From the NCBI GenBank assembly GCA_042408785.1, contig JBHOQU010000127.1, positions 86 through 64,085 on the forward strand: a DNA stretch of 64,000 bases. Direction: 5' to 3'. The notes below the pieces were generated by a model. The model searched no databases and was not told the DNA's origin. It saw nothing but the letters and a program-made list of their open reading frames with translations. Numbering within the stretch: position 1 is the first letter of the stretch; every line of letters begins with the position of its first letter. The position numbers and the translations under genes are program-made. Source of the stretch: Dehalococcoidia bacterium (GTDB lineage: Bacteria > Chloroflexota > Dehalococcoidia > JAUQQI01). Below are positions 29,046 to 38,176 of this stretch, in pieces.

Positions 29046-30384
29046 GGTCCTGCTGGATGAGCCGGCTCGCCTGGCAGCCCAGCCGGACGCTGTAGTTCTG
29101 GCCCCGGTCCTCGGGGTAGATCTGGGTGGTGTTGGCCAGGTAGAGGCGGCGGATGGGCGTTCTCAGCGGCGGGATCCGGCCCCGGTAGTTGGTAGTGATG
29201 ACCGGCTGGGCGGCGTCTTCCCGGTGGTGGTGGAGCTCCTCCACCCAGGCCGGGTCGAAGCGGGGGTTTATCCGCCGCAGGTGGGGCAGGTAAACCTCGA
29301 AAAGCTCCGGCCCGGAGAGCCTTAAGAGGGGATGGTCCCGGGCCAGGTAGTTAGAAACGTAAACGATGTGCTTGCCCCCGTACTCTTCGGGAGGAAGCAG
29401 GTTCGTCTGCTCGATGACCCCGACGAAGGGAACCGAACGGTCGGCGATGTTAAGCCAGTAGACCGGGCTGAGCCGCTCCTTAAGGACGAGCACCAGGCAG
29501 ACGGCCGCCTGGTAGCGGATCGCCCGAATGAGGCCGGCGTAGGGGTCCGGCAGTTCGGGCACCAGCCGGAGAAAGACCCAGCCGGGGACGGTGGCCAGGA
29601 CGGCGTCGAAGGCCCATTCGGTGGGGATGTCAACTTCCCCAATCCCCCACTCGACGGCCCGGCCGTGGGCAAGGCGGACCCCTCGGGCCTCCCCGTCCGC
29701 GGTAAGGACCCGCTCCACCTGGGCACCGACGAAGACCCGGCCGCCCCGGGCTACAATGGCGTCCCCAAGGGCCCGGTAAACTCGGCCAAAGCTCCCCCGC
29801 AGGTAGCCCAAAAGCTCCTTCTGCATCCCCCGGTCCCGGGAGGCAAACCGCAGGTGGATCTTGCCCCAGAGCCAGGCCATCCCCACCTCCTCGGCCAGGT
29901 CGCCGAACTTTCCCCGGAGGAGGGGTCCCCAGACGGTCTCATAGTTGCGCCGGCCGGCCCACTTGGTGAGCCATTCCCGGGCAGTTAGCTTTTCAAATTT
30001 GGCCCAGTCGGACTCATATCGCAGATAGAGGCTGGTAAGGCCCAGGCGGATGCGGTCGACGAGGCTAACGGGCTTAAAGCGGAGCAGATCTACGGGGGTT
30101 ACGAAGTTGTAGATTTTGCCTTCCCAGAAAAAGCCCACCGTGGACGGCAGCCAGAGCAGGTCCTTTCCCAGGCCCAGCTCGCCGATAAGGTCGATGAAAT
30201 AAACATCCCCCCGGAAAAGGTGGTGGTAAAACCTTTCGACCTCGGTGCCGCCGACGGTGAAGGTGCTCACCTGGCCCCCAAGCCAGGGGGCCCGCTCGAA
30301 GACGACAACCCCGTGGCCGGCCTTAACCAGGTCCCAGGCGGCCGCCAGCCCCGCGGCCCCGCCCCCAATGATTCCGACCCGCAT
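29038..30384 (-). CDS. FAD-dependent oxidoreductase (amine oxidase/HemY-like, glycan-locus associated)
   Basis: IGGGAAGLAAA, ERFYHH, GYLRG, AQPV, YPEDRGQN. Confidence 0.8.
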   Translation of the reverse strand: MRVGIIGGGAAGLAAAWDLVKAGHGVVVFERAPWLGGQVSTFTVGGTEVERFYHHLFRGDVYFIDLIGELGLGKDLLWLPSTVGFFWEGKIYNFVTPVDLLRFKPVSLVDRIRLGLTSLYLRYESDWAKFEKLTAREWLTKWAGRRNYETVWGPLLRGKFGDLAEEVGMAWLWGKIHLRFASRDRGMQKELLGYLRGSFGRVYRALGDAIVARGGRVFVGAQVERVLTADGEARGVRLAHGRAVEWGIGEVDIPTEWAFDAVLATVPGWVFLRLVPELPDPYAGLIRAIRYQAAVCLVLVLKERLSPVYWLNIADRSVPFVGVIEQTNLLPPEEYGGKHIVYVSNYLARDHPLLRLSGPELFEVYLPHLRRINPRFDPAWVEELHHHREDAAQPVITTNYRGRIPPLRTPIRRLYLANTTQIYPEDRGQNYSVRLGCQASRLIQQDLG

Positions 30385-31371
30385 TCAGTCCGTCCCCCTC
30401 CGCGCCAGCCGGCCCTCAGGAAGGACCGCCGCCGCGTACCATCCTAACCAGATTATGCCCGCAACCGTCACCGGAAGCCAGAGCACCAGGTGGACCAGCA
30501 GGCTGAAGGCGGAGGCTTCGCCCCCGGCCCCCAGGGCGGCGGCCGCCTCCCGCACCGCCAGGTCAAAGCTGCCGGCCCCGCCGGGGGCCAGGGGTACGGC
30601 CCAGGCCAGGTTGCCCACCGAGGCCACCACCAGATACTCGGGCAGGCCCAGACCGAGGCCGAGGGCTCGGCCGACGCATAGGAAGACCACTGCCTCGACA
30701 ACCCAGCTGGCCAGGGTGAGCACGCCCGAGGCCCCGAGAACCCCGGGCCGGCCCAGGCCCGAAAGGCCCCGCCGGACCTGCCCGATGACCCGCCGCAGGC
30801 CCCGGGGCCCCTCGGGCCCGAATTTCAGGGTCGCCCAGGCCAGAACCAGAGCCCCCAGGAAGACCCCCGCCCCGGCCAGCCCGGCCAAAAACCCCCAGCC
30901 CGGAAAGCGGGTAAGGCCCAGGCCCAGGAAAAGCAGACCCACCAGGCTCAGGCCGTCCAGCACCCGCTCGGCCAGGGCGGTGGCCCCGACGGTGGGCCAG
31001 GGCAGACTGTAGCGGAGGCTCAAAAGGGTGATGCGGGCCAGGTCCCCGGCCCGCCCGGGAATCAGGTTATTCAGCGCGTAGCCCATCAGGGTGAGGCCCA
31101 AGAGCTCCCGCCGGGCGGGACCGGCGATTCCCCCGAGGAGGAGCTGCCAGCGCCACGCCCGGAGCCAGGGGGCGAGGAAGTAGAGGCCGGCCCCGGCCGC
31201 CAGCCAGCCGGGGTCCCCCCCCCGCCAGGCCGCCCAGACCGCCGCCGGGTCGGCCCGAACCACCACCAGGGCGAGAAGGCCGAGGCCCAGGATGGTCCCG
31301 GCCCAATTCCACCAGGCTATCCGCCGCCGGGTAAGCTTAAGGACCGCCCTCACCCGGCCGACCGGGGCCAT
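30385..31371 (-). CDS. Second LPG-synthase-TM / flippase-like protein
   Basis: RAWRW, NNLIPGRAGDLAR, ERVLD, APGGAGSFD. Confidence 0.85.
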   Translation of the reverse strand: MAPVGRVRAVLKLTRRRIAWWNWAGTILGLGLLALVVVRADPAAVWAAWRGGDPGWLAAGAGLYFLAPWLRAWRWQLLLGGIAGPARRELLGLTLMGYALNNLIPGRAGDLARITLLSLRYSLPWPTVGATALAERVLDGLSLVGLLFLGLGLTRFPGWGFLAGLAGAGVFLGALVLAWATLKFGPEGPRGLRRVIGQVRRGLSGLGRPGVLGASGVLTLASWVVEAVVFLCVGRALGLGLGLPEYLVVASVGNLAWAVPLAPGGAGSFDLAVREAAAALGAGGEASAFSLLVHLVLWLPVTVAGIIWLGWYAAAVLPEGRLARRGTD

Positions 31372-31457
31372 CCCCCTCCCCCCAGTGCCCCCGGCGGGTT
31401 ACTTCGAAAAATCTTTGCCGGCCAATGGCGGCTTGCAAACCGGCCCACGTCGTTGCC

Positions 31458-31466
31458 ATTATACCA
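31458..31466 (-). promoter_or_regulatory. Extended -10 promoter of the glycosylation operon
   Basis: TGG-TATAAT in the divergent intergenic region. Confidence 0.55.
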
Positions 31467-31479
31467 ATAGGGAAGGGCC

Positions 31480-31842
31480 ATGTCCAGGTACGCGCGGGCG
31501 TCCGTAGACCCGAGGCTCTTTGACCGGCTGGTCCGGCGGGCCATCCGGCGGCTGCCCCCTGAATTCCGGGCGGCGCTGGCGAACGTGGCCGTTATCGTTG
31601 AAGAAGAGCCGGAAGGTTCCGAGGAGCTTTTTGGGCAGTACTTCGGGCACCCCCTCCCGGCCCGGGCTGGGGCGGAGCCCCTCCTACCCGACCGCATCGT
31701 CATCTACCGGGGCCCGCTGGTTCGGGCCTGCGGGGGCGACCGGAGGCTGCTGGCCGCCGAGGTCGAGCGGACGGTCCTCCACGAGGTGGGGCACCTGCTG
31801 GGCCTGGATGAGGACCGGCTGGCGGAGTTGGGGCTCCAGTGA
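31480..31842 (+). CDS. Zincin-like metallopeptidase family protein (Zincin_1)
   Basis: LPPEFR..LANV, PDRIVIYRGP, HEVGH, GLDE. Confidence 0.85.
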   Translation: MSRYARASVDPRLFDRLVRRAIRRLPPEFRAALANVAVIVEEEPEGSEELFGQYFGHPLPARAGAEPLLPDRIVIYRGPLVRACGGDRRLLAAEVERTVLHEVGHLLGLDEDRLAELGLQ

Positions 31843-32630
31843 GGCGGCAGGCCGGTCCCATCACGTTCAGGCCCTGGCGCCGGGTCAGGCGGCTGAGCCT
31901 CGGCCGCCTCGTCGGCCTGACGGCCCTGGCCGTGGGCGGCCTCTGGGCCCTGACGGCCGTACCGGCCGAATATTTCTGGCCGGCCGCCGCCGGGGTGGTT
32001 GGGGCGGTTTCGCTCGGGTGCATTCGCTTCAACCCGTTCGGCCGGGGGCTTACGCCGGTGGGCATTCTGCCCGGCCTCACGACCCTTGTGCTGGCCGCAG
32101 GGCTGTTCATCGTCCGGGGGAGCCCCTGGGCCTGGGGGATGGTGGGGGCCGGGCTGGGCCTCGTCCCCCTCATGGTTCTGATGGAGGGCCGGGCCCACTT
32201 CGAGCCGGCCGTATCCTCTTTCCGCCTCTGGTACGGCCTGCTGGTTTACCTGCTGGGGCTGGTTATCTTCACCGCAATCTTCGGCACCCGGGAGCGCAGC
32301 CTGTTCACGGCCACCGGGATCGGGGCGGTGAGCGCCCTGCTCTGGGCCGCCCTGCGGGCGGGCCACCAGCCGGCGGGCCAGAGCGGCTGGGTTTACTACC
32401 TGGTGGTTTTTCTGGTGATGGGGGAGCTCACCTGGGCCTTAAACTACTGGCCCATCAGCACGGTGGCCGGGGGCGGAACCCTCATGCTCGCCTTTTTTGC
32501 CATCACCCAGCTGGCCGGCGCCCACCTTACCCACACCCTCGACCGCCGCCAGGGGCTCGAGCTGGCCCTCGTGGTCGGGGTACTGCTGGGCGTCCTCTGG
32601 ACGGCCGGTATAAGCTTAGGCGGTGGGTAA
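31839..32630 (+). CDS. Polytopic membrane protein of unknown function
   Basis: About 8 hydrophobic segments, ELTWALNYWP; overlaps both neighbours. Confidence 0.7.
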   Translation: MRRQAGPITFRPWRRVRRLSLGRLVGLTALAVGGLWALTAVPAEYFWPAAAGVVGAVSLGCIRFNPFGRGLTPVGILPGLTTLVLAAGLFIVRGSPWAWGMVGAGLGLVPLMVLMEGRAHFEPAVSSFRLWYGLLVYLLGLVIFTAIFGTRERSLFTATGIGAVSALLWAALRAGHQPAGQSGWVYYLVVFLVMGELTWALNYWPISTVAGGGTLMLAFFAITQLAGAHLTHTLDRRQGLELALVVGVLLGVLWTAGISLGGG

Positions 32631-33108
32631 GGTCCTCTCCCGCACCGAGCTGGGCCCGGTGGTCGAGAGCCTCCGGGCGGCCGGGAAAAAGCTGGTCTTT
32701 ACCAACGGCGTATTCGACCTTCTTCACCCCGGCCACGTCCGCTACCTGGCAGCCGCCCGGGCCCTGGGGGATGTGCTCATCGTCGGCCTTAACTCCGACG
32801 CCTCGGTTCGGCGGATTAAAGGCCCGGGCCGGCCGATTCAGGATGAGGCGTCCCGGGCCGAGGTGCTGGCGGCCCTGGGGGTCGTGGACTTCGTGGTCAT
32901 CTTCGACGAGGATACGGCTGCCGAACTGGTTAAGCTCATCCGCCCGGACGTCTACGTGAAGGGGGGCGACTACGCCGGGGCCGGGCCCGAACGCTGGCCC
33001 GAGGCCGAGGTAGTCAGGGCCTACGGAGGCGAGGTCCGCACGCTGGAGTTTGCGCCCGGCCACTCGACGTCGGCCATCATCCGCAAAATCGTGGGACGCC
33101 ACGGCTGA
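32623..33108 (+). CDS. rfaE2: Heptose-1-phosphate adenylyltransferase (HldC, RfaE domain II)
   Basis: FTNGVFDLLHPGH, GLNSDASV, KGPGRP, KGGDY, STSAII. Confidence 0.93.
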   Translation: MGKVLSRTELGPVVESLRAAGKKLVFTNGVFDLLHPGHVRYLAAARALGDVLIVGLNSDASVRRIKGPGRPIQDEASRAEVLAALGVVDFVVIFDEDTAAELVKLIRPDVYVKGGDYAGAGPERWPEAEVVRAYGGEVRTLEFAPGHSTSAIIRKIVGRHG

Positions 33109-34658
33109 TGCGCATCGCCACGGCCAGCCTAATCCTGATGGCCGGGTCTTTGGGTTCCCGGGTCCTGGGTCTGGTCCGGGAGCAGCTTATCGCCGCCCTT
33201 TACGGCCGCACCCGGGAGACCGACCTGTTCACCGCCGCCGCCCGGGTTCCCACCACCCTCTACGACCTGCTGGTCGGGGGGGTCGTCACGGCCGCCCTGG
33301 TGCCGGTCATAACCAACTACCTGGCCGAAAACCCCAAGGAGGGCGGCCGGCTCGTCGGCACCCTCCTTATCGCCGTCACCGTCGGCCTGACCGTGGTGAC
33401 TATCCTCCTGTGGCTGTTGGCCAGGCCCCTGGCCGAATTTATCCTGCCCGGCTACCTTCCCGAGGACCGGAGGCTGGCCGGGGAGCTGCTGCGGCTGATG
33501 GCGCCGGTTTTGCCCTGCCTCTCGCTGGGGGGCGTCCTGGCCGGGGTGAGCGTGGCCCGGCGCCGGTTTGTCTTTCCGGCCTTCGGGGCGGCCGTCCTCA
33601 ACCTGGTCTTCGGGCTGAGCGCCGTCTTTTTTCGCCAGCTCGGGGTGGCCGCCCTGGCCCTGAGCTTCACCGCGGGCGCCCTGGCCCACCTCCTCTGGCA
33701 GGCGGGGGGTCTCAGGGGCCTTCCGGTAAGGCTGGAGTTTGATCCGGCCCATCCCGGACTGCGGAAGGTCGGCCGCCTCTACGTCCCCGTCTTCCTGGGC
33801 CTGCTGGTTTCCACTGCCGGGGTCGCCTTTGACACCTACCTGGCCTCTTTTACCGGCCCCGGGGACCTGACGGCAATGCGCTTTGCCACCAACATCATCC
33901 AGTTCGCCATCGGCTTCGTCGGGGGCTCCATCGGCCTGGCCGCCCTGCCCACCCTGAGCCGTCAGGCTGCCGACGACACCCGCTCCGACTACGAGGCAAC
34001 CCTTACGGCGATGGTCCGGTGGGTCTGGCTCCTTACCTGGGGGCTGGCGGTGGTGATGCTGGTTCTGCGCCGGCCCCTGGTAGGCCTGCTCTTTGAGCGG
34101 GGCCAGTTTGGCCCGGCAGACACCGAACGCACCGCCCTGGCTCTGCTGGCTTACCTGCCGGGCCTGCCGGCGGCGGCCCTGGACCAGCAGCTTATCTACG
34201 CCTTCTACGCCCGGCAGAACACCGTCACCCCGGTGGTGGTGGGGGTCTTTGCGGTCCTCCTCTACGGGGTGACGGCGGTGGCCCTGCTTGGGCCCCTGGG
34301 CATGCCGGGCCTGGCCCTGGCCAACTCGGTCCAGTGGGTATCCCATGCCGTGGTGATGGTCTGGGTCGGGCGGTCCCTGCTGGGCCGGAGCCTGCGGCCC
34401 CTGGGGGATGCGGTGGGGCGGGGGCTGGTGGCGGGGGCGGCGGCCGGGGCGGCGGCCGCCGTCGGCTCCGGGCTGGTCCCGCCGGGCCTGCCCGGCGGGC
34501 TAGCCGTAAACCTCTGGCAGGCGGGGGTTGGGGGCGGGGCGGGACTGTCCGCCTACTGGGGGGTCCTTTACCTGATACGCACGCCCGAGGCCGGACTGTT
34601 TACGGGTCGGGCTCTGGCCCTGCTAAAAGGCATCCGCGTGGTAAAATCTACCGAGTAG
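33108..34658 (+). CDS. murJ: MurJ/MviN lipid II-type flippase
   Basis: SRVLGLVRE, ALVPV, LPTLSR, LFERGQF, FYARQNTVTP. Confidence 0.9.
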   Translation: MRIATASLILMAGSLGSRVLGLVREQLIAALYGRTRETDLFTAAARVPTTLYDLLVGGVVTAALVPVITNYLAENPKEGGRLVGTLLIAVTVGLTVVTILLWLLARPLAEFILPGYLPEDRRLAGELLRLMAPVLPCLSLGGVLAGVSVARRRFVFPAFGAAVLNLVFGLSAVFFRQLGVAALALSFTAGALAHLLWQAGGLRGLPVRLEFDPAHPGLRKVGRLYVPVFLGLLVSTAGVAFDTYLASFTGPGDLTAMRFATNIIQFAIGFVGGSIGLAALPTLSRQAADDTRSDYEATLTAMVRWVWLLTWGLAVVMLVLRRPLVGLLFERGQFGPADTERTALALLAYLPGLPAAALDQQLIYAFYARQNTVTPVVVGVFAVLLYGVTAVALLGPLGMPGLALANSVQWVSHAVVMVWVGRSLLGRSLRPLGDAVGRGLVAGAAAGAAAAVGSGLVPPGLPGGLAVNLWQAGVGGGAGLSAYWGVLYLIRTPEAGLFTGRALALLKGIRVVKSTE

Positions 34659-34682
34659 GCCGGAGGGCCAAGCTTTCGGCAA

Positions 34683-35390
34683 ATGACCGAGCTGATTCCA
34701 AGCATCCTAGGCATAGTGGTTATTGACCTTGCCCTGGCAGGCGACAATGCCGTAGTCATCGGGATGGCCGCCTACCGGCTCCCCCGGCACCAGCGCAACA
34801 TCGCCGTGGCCCTGGGGGCCTTCGGGGCGATGGCATTGCGGATTACCCTGACGGCGGTGGCCGCCCTCATTTTGGGCCTGCCCCTGCTCCAGTTTGTCGG
34901 GGGTCTCATCCTGGTCTGGATCGCCTTTAAACTGCTCAGGCCCGTTGAGGTCGCCCACGGGGACGGCACCCACGTGGTGGAGGCCCCCACCGGCCTCTGG
35001 GATGCCGTTCAGACGATAATCATTGCCGACATCGTGATGAGCCTGGACAACGTGCTGGCCATTGCCGGCGCCTCCAAGGGCAACATCCCGGTGTTGGTTT
35101 TCGGCCTGATGCTGAGCATCGCCATCCTGATGGCGGGCGGCCGGCTGGTGGCAAGCATCCTCGACCGGTTTCCCGGCTTTGTCTACCTCGGGTCGGGCAT
35201 CCTGGCCTGGGTTGCCGGGGGGATGCTGGTCCACGACAGCTTCGCCCACGCCTACTGGGTTCGGTTTCTGCCCTGGGCCGACTGGGTGGTGCCGGTGGTG
35301 GTCACTGCGGGGGTGCTGGTCGCAGGGCTCCTGCTTTTACGGCCCCAGGACGTGAAGTGGATGCGCTCCCGCTTCCGCCGCCCGGCATAG
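34683..35390 (+). CDS. TerC/YjbE family membrane protein
   Basis: IDLALAGDNAVVI, ADIVMSLDNVLAIAG. Confidence 0.92.
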   Translation: MTELIPSILGIVVIDLALAGDNAVVIGMAAYRLPRHQRNIAVALGAFGAMALRITLTAVAALILGLPLLQFVGGLILVWIAFKLLRPVEVAHGDGTHVVEAPTGLWDAVQTIIIADIVMSLDNVLAIAGASKGNIPVLVFGLMLSIAILMAGGRLVASILDRFPGFVYLGSGILAWVAGGMLVHDSFAHAYWVRFLPWADWVVPVVVTAGVLVAGLLLLRPQDVKWMRSRFRRPA

Positions 35391-35429
35391 ATCATGGTCG
35401 ATTCTCAAACCGTTAGCGGCGGTCGGGGG

Positions 35430-36656
35430 ATGGGACGGCGCCGGTTTTTAAGTTCGGTGCTGGTCGGGGGACTCTTCCTGGCCGGCCTCCGCCTGGGCGA
35501 ATACGACCGCTTGCTGGACCCCCTTCTGGGCTGGCCCCGGCTTCCGGACCGACGCCCCCAGCGGGCTTGGTTCTTCACCACCATCGTCCTTTCCAGGCTG
35601 GTTGACTACCACCGGAAAGCCACCGGCCGCCGGCCCCGGCTGGAGGCGGTGCTGGGCCGACTGCTAGACCTGCCCTTTAAAGGCTACCGCTTCGGGGTGC
35701 CCATTGCGGCCGCCGAGGAGCCCGACGGCTTCCGCCAGCCGGATGCGGTCATCAACGCCGCTTTGAGTCGGGGCAAGGAAGTTTACCTCTCGGTGGGCCT
35801 TAAACTTCCCGGCTACCCCGAGTTCTATCCGCCCCGGGGGATGGAGCTTCCCAGGTTCGGCCCCTTCCGACCGAATGCCGGGGAGACCGAGCGAATCTTT
35901 AAGGCGGTGGAGGCCATTTTAAGGCGCTACGGGAATGTGGGGAGCTGGGTCTTCGTCGAGAACGAGGCCCTGGACCCGGTGATGTACGACGGCCTCTTCC
36001 GCTACCTGCATCCCGATTACCTGGTCGACATCTGCAACCACATCCGCCGGTTCCTGGCCCCCGACCAGCTTCTGGTTCTGACCACCTTTGTGCCCAGCGC
36101 CTGGTTTCTGCGCCTGCTGGACCAGCTCCGGGAAACGGTTCCCTGGCGCTTCCTGGCCAGGTGGGCGGTGGGGCCCTGGTGGATGTTTCCGTCCCGCCGG
36201 ACCCTCTTCGAGGCGGCGGACCTCCTGGGCCTCCACCTTTACAAGAAGGTTGTTCAGCCCACCATCTGGGGCGAGTTTCCGGTGAACGCCACCCACCCCC
36301 GGGATTACAACACCCTGGATATCCTTCGGGTGGAGATGCAGCGGCGGGGGAAGGGAGTTATCATCTCGGAGCTCCAGGGCGCGCCCTGGGAGCCGGAGGT
36401 GTGGCCCAAGTTCCACGCCGACTACAAGTTTTCGTTTACCCCCGAGGACATCGGCGACCTGGTCCAGGTGGTCCTGAGCCACGGCATCGCCCAGGTGGGC
36501 ATGTGGGATGTGGATTTCTGGCTGGCGGCCGAGGCCGCCGGCGACCCCTCCTGGCTTCAGGCCGGCCTTGAGGTTATCGAGCGCTACTCCGACCCCCCCG
36601 CCTCCCCCGCCCACCCTGACCGTCAGCCCGGGACGACGGGCGCCACGTCGATCTGA
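35430..36656 (+). CDS. Putative Tat-exported clan GH-A-like TIM-barrel protein
   Basis: MGRRRFL plus h-region; VENEAL and SELQGAPW Glu motifs; alternative start at 35394. Confidence 0.55.
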   Translation: MGRRRFLSSVLVGGLFLAGLRLGEYDRLLDPLLGWPRLPDRRPQRAWFFTTIVLSRLVDYHRKATGRRPRLEAVLGRLLDLPFKGYRFGVPIAAAEEPDGFRQPDAVINAALSRGKEVYLSVGLKLPGYPEFYPPRGMELPRFGPFRPNAGETERIFKAVEAILRRYGNVGSWVFVENEALDPVMYDGLFRYLHPDYLVDICNHIRRFLAPDQLLVLTTFVPSAWFLRLLDQLRETVPWRFLARWAVGPWWMFPSRRTLFEAADLLGLHLYKKVVQPTIWGEFPVNATHPRDYNTLDILRVEMQRRGKGVIISELQGAPWEPEVWPKFHADYKFSFTPEDIGDLVQVVLSHGIAQVGMWDVDFWLAAEAAGDPSWLQAGLEVIERYSDPPASPAHPDRQPGTTGATSI

Positions 36657-38122
36657 GCCCGCTGCAGCCGGCCCGAGTAGTCGATGTAAACCGTCTTCCA
36701 CTCGCTGAAGACGTCCAGAACCTGCTCCCCGCCTTCCCGGTGGCCGTTGCCGGTAGCCTTGGTGCCCCCGAAGGGGGTATGGACCTCGGCCCCAATGGTC
36801 CCGGCGTTCACGTAAACGATGCCGGTGTAGCTTTCTTCGATGAACTTAAAGGCTTTGTTTACGTCCCGGGTGTAGATGGAGGCCACCAGGCCGTAGGGGA
36901 CGTCGTTGTTCACCCGGGCGGCTTCCTCAAGGCTGTCCACGACGATGACGGAAGTTACGGGGCCGAAGATCTCCTCCTGGCAGACCCGCATCTCCGGCCG
37001 GCAGTTGCCCAGAACCGTCGGCTTGAAGAAAAAGCCCCCGGCCAGCTCGCCCTCCCGGGCAATCTCGCCCCCGCATAAGATCTCGGCCCCCTCCTGGCGG
37101 GCCACCTCCATGTACCCGGCGATCCGCCGGAGCTGCTGCTCGTTGATAACCGGGCCCACGTCGGTCTCCGGGTCGAGGCCGTTGCCCAGCTTAAGCCTCC
37201 GGGCACGCTCCACCAGCCGGGCGGTGAGCTCCTCGGCAACCCCCCGCTGGACGATGACCCGGCTGGCCGCCGTGCACCGCTGGCCGGAAGTCCCAAAGGC
37301 GCTCCAGACAATGCCGTCCAGGGCCAGGTCCAGGTCGGCATCGTCCAGGACGACGATGGCGTTCTTGCCCCCCATCTCCAGGGAAACCCGCTTGCCCAGG
37401 CGGGCGCACTTTTCGGCCACTTCGGTGCCCACCTCGGTGGAGCCCGTAAAGGAGATGAGCCGGACACCGGGGGCCTCGACCAGGGCCGCCCCGGCCTCCT
37501 CCCCAAAGCCCACCACCATGTTGACCACCCCCGGGGGCAGGCCCGCCTCCTCCAGGGTCTTGACGAAGTTATAGGCCGAAAGGGGCGTATCCTCGGCGGG
37601 CTTAAAGACCACCGTGTTGCCGCAGACCAGGGCCGGGATGACCTTCCAGGAGGGTATGGCCATCGGGAAGTTCCAGGGGGTGATACACCCCACCACCCCA
37701 ATGGGCATCCGGACGCACATGGCGAACTTATCGGGAAGCTCCGAGGGGGTGGTGTAGCCGTGGAGGCGGCGGCCCTCCCCGGCGATGAAGTAGGTCATGT
37801 CAATGGCCTCCTGAACGTCCCCCCGGGCCTCGGTGAGCACCTTGCCCATCTCCATGGTCATCTGCCGGGCGAACTCCTCCTTACGTTTAACCAGAAGCTC
37901 GGCCGCCCGGAAGAGGATTTCGGCCCGCCTCGGGGCCGGAACTTTCCGCCAGGAGTCGAAGGCCCGCTGGGCCGCCTCCACCGCCAGGCGCACATCCTCG
38001 GGCCCGGAGCGGGGAAAGTAGCCTAAAACCTCGCCGGTGGCCGGGTTAATGTTGGGGTAAGTCCGCTCGGTGACCGAATCCACCCACCGTCCGCCGATGT
38101 AGTTTTTATAAACCTCGGTCAT
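36623..38122 (-). CDS. Aldehyde dehydrogenase
   Basis: [30 protein letters not shown]. Confidence 0.96.
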   Translation of the reverse strand: MTEVYKNYIGGRWVDSVTERTYPNINPATGEVLGYFPRSGPEDVRLAVEAAQRAFDSWRKVPAPRRAEILFRAAELLVKRKEEFARQMTMEMGKVLTEARGDVQEAIDMTYFIAGEGRRLHGYTTPSELPDKFAMCVRMPIGVVGCITPWNFPMAIPSWKVIPALVCGNTVVFKPAEDTPLSAYNFVKTLEEAGLPPGVVNMVVGFGEEAGAALVEAPGVRLISFTGSTEVGTEVAEKCARLGKRVSLEMGGKNAIVVLDDADLDLALDGIVWSAFGTSGQRCTAASRVIVQRGVAEELTARLVERARRLKLGNGLDPETDVGPVINEQQLRRIAGYMEVARQEGAEILCGGEIAREGELAGGFFFKPTVLGNCRPEMRVCQEEIFGPVTSVIVVDSLEEAARVNNDVPYGLVASIYTRDVNKAFKFIEESYTGIVYVNAGTIGAEVHTPFGGTKATGNGHREGGEQVLDVFSEWKTVYIDYSGRLQRAQIDVAPVVPG

Positions 38123-38176
38123 TGTCGACCTCCTCCCGTCTGCCAGTCCCGCCCAATTTTACCACCGCCCCCGGGC

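Noticed and set aside
29038-30384. hemY/hemG assignment
   Set aside because: Only the generic FAD motif matches, and the context is glycan synthesis rather than heme genes
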